Of a DNA stretch of 64,000 nt, positions 8,722-17,501 are shown piece after piece. The DNA comes from Hyphomonadaceae bacterium (GTDB lineage: Bacteria > Pseudomonadota > Alphaproteobacteria > Caulobacterales > Hyphomonadaceae), in assembly GCA_040398425.1 (NCBI GenBank), contig JBBATZ010000015.1, positions 957 through 64,956 of the forward strand, given 5' to 3'. How positions within the stretch are numbered: the first letter of the stretch is position 1; each line of letters begins with the position of its first letter. Made by a program: the position numbers and the translations under genes. The notes under the pieces are model-generated. The model ran no database searches. It was not told where the DNA came from and saw only the letters and a program-made list of their open reading frames with translations.

Positions 8722-9630
8722 CTACAGGCCCAGAATCCAGCCTTCCTCTCGCGTCACCTTGGCCTTTTGCGCGTCGGTGAGTTTGGCTTCCGATGCGAAA
8801 AGTGCCGGAAGCTTTCCGTTCGCGTCACGCTCTGCGAACCACTCGGCCATCGTGCGAACCTGCGCCTCGTCCTTGATCTCGTTAGCGTTGGCCGTGGTCG
8901 CAACCAGCGACGGATAGATCTCGGCCACCACGATGCGCGCATCGCCGAGCGCTTCGTCGTCGAGCTTCGCGAACGGGATTTCGAAGGGCCACAGCTTCAG
9001 CGTCGGGAATTTCTCGCGCAGCCGCTCGATGGCCGGAATGCCGGTGAGCGTCTGGCCGCCGACGGCGCCGGCATAGGCGATCTTCCACACGGGTTGCGGG
9101 CGAGCCTTGCGTGTCTCGGCGGCGAAGGTCTCCGAGATGCGATACTCCGTGACATCCTTCGGGCCGTGCTCGCGCGACTTCTTCAACGACAGCGTCGTGA
9201 GCTCGTCCTTCTTCGAGCAGCCCCAGAACGGGAAGGGACCGTCCGACATGCGGCGGTTCATCTGCGCTGCCAGCGAGAAGCGGTTGTTCGAGTTGTCCGG
9301 CTTGTCCTTCATTTCCTTGAGCAGGAAATCGCGGATCGAGCGCCACGGCGCATCGCCCTTGAGCTTCAGCGCATCGGACGTGCCGGCCGGGAAGCCGAGC
9401 GGGAAGTCGACGCCCAGCAGGACGCGGTCGCCCCGCTTGAGGCAGCGGCCGAGCAGGTCGGTAAGCTCTTCGAGCGCCTTGGCGCGCGTCGGCGGATTGC
9501 TCGCCTTGAAGTTCAGCTTCATGCGCGCGTCGGGCGTGAGGGCGCCGATCCAGATAGAGTCGGCACCGGTGGCGGGTTTGGAGGCGGCGCTCCAGTCCAC
9601 CATCACATAACTCTCGAACAGGCGGGCCAT
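8722..9630 (-). CDS. DUF429-like predicted RNase H-fold protein (family often auto-annotated as CbiG-like)
   Basis: 302 aa. YVMVDWSAAS first-strand Asp and LLGVDFPLGFPAG resemble the DUF429 IDxPxGxP pattern. Function unknown. Confidence 0.45.
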   Translation of the reverse strand: MARLFESYVMVDWSAASKPATGADSIWIGALTPDARMKLNFKASNPPTRAKALEELTDLLGRCLKRGDRVLLGVDFPLGFPAGTSDALKLKGDAPWRSIRDFLLKEMKDKPDNSNNRFSLAAQMNRRMSDGPFPFWGCSKKDELTTLSLKKSREHGPKDVTEYRISETFAAETRKARPQPVWKIAYAGAVGGQTLTGIPAIERLREKFPTLKLWPFEIPFAKLDDEALGDARIVVAEIYPSLVATTANANEIKDEAQVRTMAEWFAERDANGKLPALFASEAKLTDAQKAKVTREEGWILGL

Positions 9631-10141
9631 AGGACGTTACTTTCTGACATGCAGCCGCGATTGACGCGGCAGGAGTTCAAGACCGGGGTTAGGGCGGGCC
9701 GGGCCAAGCCCAGCCAGGATATGGTGATGCTAGAAGGCGTTGGCGAACATTTTGGGCGGTCTTCCTTCGCTCTTTCGAGCAAAGGAGGCCTCGGCCACCC
9801 GCTCTTGCATCCTGATCAATGCTGGTAGCCGATCTAGCAGGGAAGAATCCAGCCCTGATTGGAACGGGCCCGACATGTGATTCTAGCTAAACGCAGCGTC
9901 CCAGGCGCGAAGTCTGACCGATCTCACGCAGTGTTACTTATTGCAGCAATTTCGACTGTAATACGACTTCACGCGATCACCCCGTGTTGCATAAAAAGAC
10001 TCATAAAAGCAGATCACTATGGACTGAAAGATTGTGTAACCAACCTTGATCGGCGCTTCCGTTGTGCAGCTGCGAAATTCGCGTATCTGCTAAGTTCGCG
10101 ACGCCCCCGAGTGTAGGGGGGAATTTGTCGGAGGGTGTTTA

Positions 10142-11128
10142 GTGAAGCGTATCGAAGCCTCGGCCAGAACGGCTACTGTCACCGGTGCCCACCAGGGGAA
10201 GGTCAGGGTCGGTGTCATCGGCGCAGGTGTCTTCGGCGGCTATCACGCACAGAAATTCGTTTCCAGCGACTACGCCGAGTTCGTCGGCATGTTCGACCTC
10301 AATGTCGAAGCAGCCGGTAAACAGATCGCCAAGGTCGGCAAGGGCGATGTTTTTGCCTCGTTCGAAGCGATCGCCGAGGCTTGCGATGCGCTTGTCATTG
10401 CCACCCCCGCCTCTAGCCACGCCATGCTGACCCGCAAGGCGCTGGAAGCCGGCAAGCACGCTCTCGTTGAAAAGCCCCTCGCGCTGACCGGGCAGGAAGC
10501 CCGTGCGCTGGCCAAGCTGGCGCTCGATCGTGACCTCGTCCTTTCGGTTGGCCACCAGGAGCGCCTAGTGTTCGAAGCGATGGGCCTGTTCGGCACGGGC
10601 GAGCGTCCTAAGCGTGTCGAAGGCGTCCGCATGGGCCCCGCCTCGCCGGAAGGCCGCTGCGAAGACGTTTCCGTTGTTTTCGACCTCATGATCCACGACC
10701 TCGACCTCACCGCCGAACTCTTCGGCGGTGAAGTGAAGGGTGCGGATGGTTCCGGTTACAGCGCGCACACGAACCTGCTGGACCATGCAACCGCCGAACT
10801 GCTGTTCGCCAATAACGGCCACGCCAAGCTGACCGCCTCGCGTTGCGCCGAGAAGCGTGAGCGCTGGATGCGTATCGAGTACGCCTCGGGCATCGTCGAA
10901 ATCGACTTCATCACGCGTGAAGTGAAGAACACCACCGCATTCGACATCCGCGCTGATGTGTCTGCGATCCTGCCTGACCCTCTCAAGGCCGCGGACGAAG
11001 CCTTTATCGCCGCGATCCAGGGCCGTGCAGCTCCCGTGATCACCGGTGGCGTCGGTGCCCGCGCGGCTGCGATGGCCGAACTGGTCGAAGGTTGCGCCAT
11101 GGCGGAACGCGCCACGGTGGCCGCCTAG
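10142..11128 (+). CDS. Gfo/Idh/MocA-family oxidoreductase
   Basis: 328 aa, GTG start after GGAGGG. VGVIGAGVFGGYHAQKF Rossmann motif, EKPLALT motif. Confidence 0.8.
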   Translation: MKRIEASARTATVTGAHQGKVRVGVIGAGVFGGYHAQKFVSSDYAEFVGMFDLNVEAAGKQIAKVGKGDVFASFEAIAEACDALVIATPASSHAMLTRKALEAGKHALVEKPLALTGQEARALAKLALDRDLVLSVGHQERLVFEAMGLFGTGERPKRVEGVRMGPASPEGRCEDVSVVFDLMIHDLDLTAELFGGEVKGADGSGYSAHTNLLDHATAELLFANNGHAKLTASRCAEKRERWMRIEYASGIVEIDFITREVKNTTAFDIRADVSAILPDPLKAADEAFIAAIQGRAAPVITGGVGARAAAMAELVEGCAMAERATVAA

Positions 11129-11291
11129 TCTCCCCAAAAGCATTGCCAGACGGCGCGCCCAGATAGCGCGCGTTGTCGCAGGGGCCTTGCGATCAAGCCG
11201 AATTCGGCCAATTGACCCTCGCGGGCGCGCTGCGGCCGGCCCGCGCTGAGCTACCCCCAAACCGGCTATTTGGCAGCCAACGGAGACTCCC

Positions 11292-11513
11292 ATGGCGAAG
11301 AAGCCGACGGCTCGCACCGAATTCGTATTTTTCAACGTGACCTATGAAGACGGCAGCCAGAAGTCGAACCGCAAGGTTCCGCTGGAGGTCGTGGATGATC
11401 CGTATGATGGCGAAGGCGCTATCCGGAAGGCTCTGGAAGAGCAGGACCGTCAGATCTCGGAACGCTCCGGCCTGCCGCCCCTCATGATCAGCAAGATCGT
11501 CCGCGCGAAGTAG
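11292..11513 (+). CDS. Conserved alphaproteobacterial small protein, unknown function
   Basis: 73 aa. FVFFNVTYEDGSQKSNRKV ... EEQDRQISERSG; resembles a small protein I recall as widespread in Alphaproteobacteria. Confidence 0.55.
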   Translation: MAKKPTARTEFVFFNVTYEDGSQKSNRKVPLEVVDDPYDGEGAIRKALEEQDRQISERSGLPPLMISKIVRAK

Positions 11514-11602
11514 CGCCGCCAAATGTCGGCTGCCCCAACGGCGCCGATTGTTAGGCCCGCAGGATAGCGTAGCCTCCATCCGAATGATCCGGGGAGGACG
11601 AC

Positions 11603-12013
11603 ATGCCTGATATTGGCTCAACCGAATTCACAATGCTCTGGGCGAGCGCGGTTCTTGGGACCGTGTACCTGCTGGCAGCCGTCATCCCATCGGTCCTGGG
11701 CCGAGGCTTGCCATGGGCGATGGGGCCGCGCGACGAGCCGCCGGCCGATGCTGGCAAGGTGGCGGCGCGGCTGGATCGCGCGTGGAAGAACTTCGTCGAG
11801 ACATTCCCGCTGTTTGTTGCGGCAATCCTTGTCGAGGCGTCTGTGGTCCAGGACTCGGATTTAGCCGGGCTCGGCGCGCAGCTCTATTTCTGGGGCCGCG
11901 TGGCCTTCCTGCCAATTTATGCGCTGGGACTGCCCGTGGTGAGGACGCTGGCGTGGACGGTGTCCTTTGCTGGCATCGCGATGGTGCTGGCGGCGGCTTT
12001 GCCGGGCGTCTAG
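11603..12013 (+). CDS. MAPEG-family membrane protein
   Basis: 136 aa, 3-4 TM helices. RAWKNFVETFPLFVAAIL and YFWGRVAFLPIYALG are typical of MAPEG. Confidence 0.65.
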   Translation: MPDIGSTEFTMLWASAVLGTVYLLAAVIPSVLGRGLPWAMGPRDEPPADAGKVAARLDRAWKNFVETFPLFVAAILVEASVVQDSDLAGLGAQLYFWGRVAFLPIYALGLPVVRTLAWTVSFAGIAMVLAAALPGV

Positions 12014-12116
12014 CGACAGCTCGCGCTGGTGACTGAAGCCTCATCTTGCCGCGCCTGCCGGTGCGGATCATGCTGCCCGCAGACGGCCGAACCAGTGCTG
12101 TCGGCGGGAGGCCTTC

Positions 12117-13079
12117 ATGACACAGCTTACGCGACGTCTGATCATTGGCGCGCTTCCGGCGCTTGGCTTTGCAGGTCATGCGCTGGCGCAGCCCTCGCTC
12201 GCGGCGCGCAGCACGCCCCAGCCTGAAGATGATGCGAGCTACCTGCTCGATGCGTGGGGCGACGCCTATGGCCGTCCCACGGCGAAAGTGATGATCAACG
12301 GGATGGGCCCCTTCCAGTTCATGGTCGACACCGGATCGACCACGACGGTGATCGCCGCACGCCACATGACGACGCTTGGGGCCCGGCCACTGGGTAAGGT
12401 CACCGTTGTTGGAACAACCGGGACGGCGAGCATGCCGCTGGTGCGGCTCGACAGGTTGCAGACCGGCGCAGTGACAAAACCGGATCTCGACGTCGCCGTG
12501 CTGCCCGACACCGAGCTTGCGCGCGAAGACGGAATTCTTGGCGCCGATGTGTTTGTCGGGTGCAGGCTGGTGTTCGACATTCGCAACAGGCAGGTACGGA
12601 TCGAGCCGACCAGGCGGCAGGAGCGCGCGAGCGCGCTAGGCAACGTGCGCGTGCGCAACGGATTGCTCGCGGAGATCGACGGCAAGGTTGGCAGTGTCTC
12701 GGCCCGGCTGATGCTGGATACCGGCGCGCAGAACTGCATCGCGAACATGGCGCTCAATGACGCTCTTCTGAAGTGCCATCCCACCCTGCAGCGGGTCGAC
12801 AATGCGCGTGTCTACGGCGTGACGGGACACCGGATCGTCGGCCAGTACATTGCGCTGCCCAAGGTGGACATGCGCGCCTTCACGGTGCGCGATGCAGTGT
12901 GCGTGGCGGCCGATGCGCAGATTTTCGACCAGTGGGACATGAACGGGGAGCCGGCGATGATCGTGGGGGTCAACCTCCTGTCGCGGCTGGACTCCTTCTC
13001 GATCGACTATGGGGCGCGCATGTTCGACGCCAAGATGGCCGCGGCGCTCGTGGCGCGGAACCCGTTGTCCTTTGGGTGA
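12117..13079 (+). CDS. Exported single-chain tandem retropepsin-like aspartic protease
   Basis: 320 aa with an N-terminal signal (MTQLTRRLIIGALPALGFAGHALA). Two DTG motifs: FMVDTGSTTTVI and LMLDTGAQNCI. Confidence 0.7.
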   Translation: MTQLTRRLIIGALPALGFAGHALAQPSLAARSTPQPEDDASYLLDAWGDAYGRPTAKVMINGMGPFQFMVDTGSTTTVIAARHMTTLGARPLGKVTVVGTTGTASMPLVRLDRLQTGAVTKPDLDVAVLPDTELAREDGILGADVFVGCRLVFDIRNRQVRIEPTRRQERASALGNVRVRNGLLAEIDGKVGSVSARLMLDTGAQNCIANMALNDALLKCHPTLQRVDNARVYGVTGHRIVGQYIALPKVDMRAFTVRDAVCVAADAQIFDQWDMNGEPAMIVGVNLLSRLDSFSIDYGARMFDAKMAAALVARNPLSFG

Positions 13080-13196
13080 GCGGGCCGTTGTCCGGGGCTG
13101 GCTTAAGCAGGCCAGCTTGCCAAGCCGGGCCGGATGGGTACATGCATCGGCCACCCCCTCCGAAGCCCCGGAAACTGAGCCTCGAAAGCCTGAACC

Positions 13197-14552
13197 ATGA
13201 CCGTCAAAGTTCGCTTTGCGCCTTCGCCCACAGGCAAGCTGCACGTTGGGAATATCCGCACCGCGCTGGTGAACTGGCTGTTCGCGAAAGGCCAGCAGGG
13301 CGTGTTCGTGCTGCGCATCGACGATACCGACCTCGAACGCTCCACCAAGGAGAATGAGGACGGCATCCGAAACGACCTGACCTGGCTCGGCATGACGTGG
13401 GACGAGACGTTCAAGCAGTCGGATAAGTTCGACCGCTATACGGCGGCGGCGGAAGAGCTGAAGGCCAAGGGCCTGTTGTATCCGTGCTACGAAACATCCG
13501 AGGAGTTGGAGCGCCGCAAGAAGATCGCGCAGTCGCGTGGCAAGCCGCCCGTGTACGACCGCGCCGCGCTCGAGCTGACCGATGCCGACCGCAAGGAACT
13601 GGAATCTCAGGGTCGCAAGCCGCACTGGCGCTTCAAGCTTTCGGGCGGACGCGCGGAGTGGGTAGATCTCGTGCGCGGACAACAGTCGATCGACACCTCG
13701 TCCGTGTCAGACCCGGTGCTGATCCGCGAGGACGGATCGTTCCTCTATACGATGCCGTCGGTGGTGGATGATGTCGACGCGAAGATCACGCATGTGATCC
13801 GTGGCGAAGATCACGTCACCAACTCCGGCGCGCAGATCGAGATCTTCCTCGCGCTTGGCGCCAAGCCGCCAGAGATGGCGCACATGCCGCTGCTGATCGG
13901 CGCGGATGGGCAAGGCCTGTCGAAGCGGCTCGGGTCACTGTCTGCCGAGCAATTGCGCAATGAAGGCTATGAGCCGCTGGCCCTGCTGTCGCTTCTTTCC
14001 AAGATCGGCACGTCCGATCCGGTTGAAGCGCGCAATAGCCTTGAGCAACTGGCTCTGGAGTTCTCTTTCGACAAGATGGGCCGGGCGCCGGCGCGCTTCG
14101 ACGAGAACGAACTGAACGGGCTCAACGCGCAGATCGTGCACGCGATGAGCTTCGAGATGGTGCAGCCGCGCCTGGCCAAGCTGGCCTATGGCGATCAGGC
14201 GACGCCGGATTTCTGGGATGTCGTGAAGGGCAACCTGCAGAGCGTGCCGGATGCCGCATTGTGGCTGGCAGTCGTCTACGGCGGTGGACTCACGGGTCCT
14301 GACCTCGACGCCGAAGACAAGGCTTTCATCGGCGAGGCGGTCGCGCTGTTCCCCGAAGGCGACGTAACGCTTGCGACATGGAAGGCCTGGGTGGACGCCG
14401 TGAAGGCCAAGACGGGTCGCAAGGGCAAGGGACTGTTCCAGCCGCTGCGGCGCGTCTTGACGGATCAGGAGCATGGGCCTGAGATGGATCGCATGCTGGT
14501 TTTGATTGGCGGCGACAAGGCGCGCGACCGTCTTGTGCAGGCCTCGCCGTGA
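13197..14552 (+). CDS. gltX: Glutamate--tRNA ligase
   Basis: 451 aa. RFAPSPTGKLHVGNIRTAL (HIGH-type motif), GQGLSKRLGS (KMSKS-type motif). Confidence 0.93.
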   Translation: MTVKVRFAPSPTGKLHVGNIRTALVNWLFAKGQQGVFVLRIDDTDLERSTKENEDGIRNDLTWLGMTWDETFKQSDKFDRYTAAAEELKAKGLLYPCYETSEELERRKKIAQSRGKPPVYDRAALELTDADRKELESQGRKPHWRFKLSGGRAEWVDLVRGQQSIDTSSVSDPVLIREDGSFLYTMPSVVDDVDAKITHVIRGEDHVTNSGAQIEIFLALGAKPPEMAHMPLLIGADGQGLSKRLGSLSAEQLRNEGYEPLALLSLLSKIGTSDPVEARNSLEQLALEFSFDKMGRAPARFDENELNGLNAQIVHAMSFEMVQPRLAKLAYGDQATPDFWDVVKGNLQSVPDAALWLAVVYGGGLTGPDLDAEDKAFIGEAVALFPEGDVTLATWKAWVDAVKAKTGRKGKGLFQPLRRVLTDQEHGPEMDRMLVLIGGDKARDRLVQASP

Positions 14553-14568
14553 AGAGGAGGGCTGCGTG

Positions 14569-14892
14569 ATGCGTGCGCTGTTCATCTGCAGTGCGAACAA
14601 GCTGCGTAGCCCGACGGCAGAGCACGTGTTTTCGCAATGGCCGGATATCGAAACGGATTCCGCCGGTCTCAACAATGATGCGGATGTTCCGTTGTCGCCC
14701 GAGCAGATCGACTGGGCCGATGTGATCTTCGTGATGGAGCGGGATCACCTGACCAAGCTGCGCCGGAACTTCACGATGCACGCGGCAGGCAAGCGCGTGA
14801 TCTGCCTGAATATCCCCGATGACTTCGGCTATCTACAGCCGGAGTTGATCAAGCTGCTGGAAGCGCGGGTGGGGCCGTTCCTGCGCGCGTGA
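14569..14892 (+). CDS. Minimal low-molecular-weight phosphotyrosine phosphatase-like protein
   Basis: Internal ATG 14569. MRALFICSANKLRSPTAEHVF carries the CX5R(S) P-loop. Only 107 aa. Confidence 0.65.
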   Translation: MRALFICSANKLRSPTAEHVFSQWPDIETDSAGLNNDADVPLSPEQIDWADVIFVMERDHLTKLRRNFTMHAAGKRVICLNIPDDFGYLQPELIKLLEARVGPFLRA

Positions 14893-14899
14893 CCAGCAT

Positions 14900-16009
14900 T
14901 CAGTTGCGGTCTGCCGCCTCCTGCTCGGCCACGTATTGCAGGTTCTGCTCGCGCACCTGCGCTGCGGCCTCGTCGTAGAGGAACGGCAGGAAGGCAAAGC
15001 GCCGTCCACGCGTCACCTTGGTGACGGCATGCAGCAGCGAGCATGAGAAGATCACGGCAGCTCCTGGCGCCGGCTTGTAGGAGCGCATGCCATATTCGGG
15101 GAAGCAGATTTCGCCGCCATCGAAGTCGGCGCTGAGATTGATAGACACGGCGAAGCGGCGGTGCGCGGTGCCCTTGGTTGTGTTGTCGCGATGCGGGCGG
15201 AAGTGAGCTTCGTCTTCGGCTGCATAACAGGCGACGAGATAGCGCTCCATCCGCGTGACGTTGAACTGGTGGATGCGCTGGATCTCCGGAACGATGCGCT
15301 TGCGGATCGTCGCCTGTAGCCGCGCTATGTCGCCTTCGTTCGTCACCATGAAGTCGCGGCGGCGCTTGTGGCTGCCATCGTGGATCAGGTGTGTCTTGCC
15401 GTCGATGTCGCGCATGAAGCCCGACAGGTCGCGATCCTGTGCTTCATATTCCGTGATCAGATGCTGGCATAGGTCGGGATCGAACACGCGGTCCATGACG
15501 AGGACCGGCGCCTGCACGTCAATGCCCGCGATGTGATTGGGCGGAGGCAAGGCTGTAACATGAGCCATCACTTCTGCAATCTCGCCGCCCCCCTCGCGGA
15601 AGGGGAAGACGCCGGTGATGCGCAGGCGCGGATCCATCACCACCCACTTGCAGAGAAAGCCTTCATCGTCGCCGTCTACGGCTGACGCGCCGCACATGCG
15701 CGAGGCCGAGCGGTCAAAATCCCAGAAGAAACGATAGCCGGGGAGGATGGTGGCAAGCCGCGATTCCGACTCGTCCTTCGGGTCGATGCTGACGCCGAAG
15801 AAGCTCGCGTGTACGTCGTCGAAGAGGTCGCGGCGTGCAAGGGCCGCCGCGAGTGCTGCACGGCCCGGCGGATAGACGGCCGAGCCGATGAAGCAGAGTA
15901 CGATATTGCGACCGGCCGCAGCTTCGAATTGATAGCGCGGGTTGCCCGTGGCGCGCTGGACAAAGCGCGGTGCAGGCTCGCCGGGTGTCAGGTTAACAAA
16001 TCTCGGCAA
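14900..16009 (-). CDS. Fusion of a Cys-less redoxin/AhpC-TSA-like domain and a 2OG-Fe(II) oxygenase domain
   Basis: 369 aa. The N-terminal NIVLCFIGSAVYPPG region lacks a peroxidatic Cys motif. The C-terminal half has FRPHRDNT (HxD), a distal His (SLLHAV) and RGRRFAF. Confidence 0.6.
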   Translation of the reverse strand: MPRFVNLTPGEPAPRFVQRATGNPRYQFEAAAGRNIVLCFIGSAVYPPGRAALAAALARRDLFDDVHASFFGVSIDPKDESESRLATILPGYRFFWDFDRSASRMCGASAVDGDDEGFLCKWVVMDPRLRITGVFPFREGGGEIAEVMAHVTALPPPNHIAGIDVQAPVLVMDRVFDPDLCQHLITEYEAQDRDLSGFMRDIDGKTHLIHDGSHKRRRDFMVTNEGDIARLQATIRKRIVPEIQRIHQFNVTRMERYLVACYAAEDEAHFRPHRDNTTKGTAHRRFAVSINLSADFDGGEICFPEYGMRSYKPAPGAAVIFSCSLLHAVTKVTRGRRFAFLPFLYDEAAAQVREQNLQYVAEQEAADRN

Positions 16010-16068
16010 AGCACTGCTCGCATTCTCGCCGGCATATCCGTGCGCCGGCCCCCATACCTCAGGCGACG

Positions 16069-16581
16069 CTAGCCGAGGCCGCTTAACATTTCGTCGAGGC
16101 GAGCATAACCCTGTTCCATGCCGTCCGTCATGCCCGTCGAGGCAGCCGCGTCGCGGATTTCCTTCGAACTGAATTCCATCACCATCACAAGGCTGGTGAC
16201 GCCGTCTTTCTCCGTAAAGCGTGTGTCGATGATTGCAGGCTTGCTCGTGTCCATGGGGCCGCCGAGATCGCCAGGGTCATAGTATTCCGCGTGGACGATC
16301 TTCGCGGGCGTGTCGACCTCGCGATAATCCCCGTGGAAGCCGAACATCTGGCCCGTTGCGTCCGAGCGCCAGCGCCACAGGTATGTGCCGCCGGTGCGGA
16401 CATCCATTTCGCACACTGGCATCGACCAGCCCGGCGGTCCAAGCATCCAGCGTTTGACCAGTTCTGGCTCGGTATGCGCTCGCCACACCAGATTGCGCGG
16501 GGCGTTAAAGCTCCGCGCGATGCGCACTTCGGTGTCGCTGGGTAACGAGACTTCGACGGGTTGGGTCGTTTTCGTCACCAT
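16069..16581 (-). CDS. SRPBCC / AHSA1-domain protein
   Basis: 170 aa. IARSFNAPRNLVWRAHTEPELVKRWMLGP is typical of Activator-of-Hsp90-ATPase-like SRPBCC proteins found next to ArsR regulators. Confidence 0.75.
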   Translation of the reverse strand: MVTKTTQPVEVSLPSDTEVRIARSFNAPRNLVWRAHTEPELVKRWMLGPPGWSMPVCEMDVRTGGTYLWRWRSDATGQMFGFHGDYREVDTPAKIVHAEYYDPGDLGGPMDTSKPAIIDTRFTEKDGVTSLVMVMEFSSKEIRDAAASTGMTDGMEQGYARLDEMLSGLG

Positions 16582-16613
16582 CGAGTTTCCCTTTCTTGTT
16601 TTTCTGTTGGCGG

Positions 16614-17063
16614 TCAGCTGGCCGCAGCAGCGGCGTCGAGATCAGCGACGACGATCTTCTTCATCTTCAGCATGGCCTCCATAACGCGGTTCGCCTTTGC
16701 GCGATCCGAGTCGCCCATGTAGCGGCCGAGTGCGTTGGGGATGATCTGCCAGGACAGCCCGTACTTGTCCTTCAGCCAGCCGCACTGGCTCTCCGTTCCG
16801 CCATTTTTCAGGAAGGTATTCCAGTAGAGATCGACTTCCGCCTGATCCTCGCACTTCACGAACAGCGACAGCGCTTCGGTGAACTTGAACATCGGGCCAC
16901 CGTTGAGGCCCATGAACTCGACGCCGCACAGCACGAAGCTGGCCGACATCGGGTTGATCGATGTCACGCGCGAGTCCGGCAGGACGGAGACGTAGAACTT
17001 CACCGCTTCTTCCATGTTGCCGTCGAACCAGAGGAAGGGAGCGATCTTCTGCATGGCGGGCAT
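16614..17063 (-). CDS. VOC-family protein (PhnB / 3-demethylubiquinone methyltransferase-like domain)
   Basis: 149 aa. KIAPFLWFDGNMEEAVKFY ... QCGWLKDKYGLSWQI. Confidence 0.75.
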   Translation of the reverse strand: MPAMQKIAPFLWFDGNMEEAVKFYVSVLPDSRVTSINPMSASFVLCGVEFMGLNGGPMFKFTEALSLFVKCEDQAEVDLYWNTFLKNGGTESQCGWLKDKYGLSWQIIPNALGRYMGDSDRAKANRVMEAMLKMKKIVVADLDAAAAAS

Positions 17064-17072
17064 GTGCGCCTC

Positions 17073-17429
17073 CTAGTGGCGTTTGCGTTTTGACTTGGGC
17101 GGGGCTGCCTGCATGTGGCCAAGCAACTCGTCGAGTGCGCTGTAGCGGCGCTCCCAGAGCTGGCGATAATTCTCGATCCAGGCATTGGCCTCCGCGAGCG
17201 GGGCCGCTTCGATCTTGCGGGGGCGGCGCTGGGCAGATTGCGCCGTGGAAATCAGCCCGGCCTTCTCAAGCACCTTCAAGTGTTTCGAAATCGCCGGCTG
17301 GCTCATGGCGAAAGGTTCGGCCAATTCCGTCACCGATGCTTCGCCCGACGCAAGGCGCGCGAGGATGGCGCGGCGTGTCGGATCGGCGAGGGCGGCGAAC
17401 GTGGCGTCGAGACGTTGGGAGGGCGTCAT
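17073..17429 (-). CDS. ArsR/SmtB-family transcriptional regulator
   Basis: 118 aa. FAALADPTRRAILARLASGEASVTELAEPFAMSQPAISKHLKVLEKAGLI. Confidence 0.9.
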   Translation of the reverse strand: MTPSQRLDATFAALADPTRRAILARLASGEASVTELAEPFAMSQPAISKHLKVLEKAGLISTAQSAQRRPRKIEAAPLAEANAWIENYRQLWERRYSALDELLGHMQAAPPKSKRKRH

Positions 17430-17441
17430 TGCGGCATATCC

Positions 17442-17474
17442 ATAACCATGCAGTTATAATAACCGACGGGTTAT
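17442..17474. promoter_or_regulatory. Tandem palindromic operator candidate (2 x ATAAC-N6-GTTAT) upstream of the ArsR gene
   Basis: ATAACcatgcaGTTAT (17442-17457) and ATAACcgacggGTTAT (17459-17474), starting 13 nt upstream of the arsR-family start codon. Confidence 0.6.
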
Positions 17475-17501
17475 GGACGTCAAGCCGTTGGTCGGAGTTA
17501 T

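Noticed and set aside
9730-9876. 48-codon minus-strand ORF (MSGPFQSGLDSSLLDRLPALIRMQERVAEASFARKSEGRPPKMFANAF) in the AT-rich intergenic region
   Set aside because: No Shine-Dalgarno sequence, mixed third-position composition, and no recognisable family. It cannot be supported as a gene from sequence alone.
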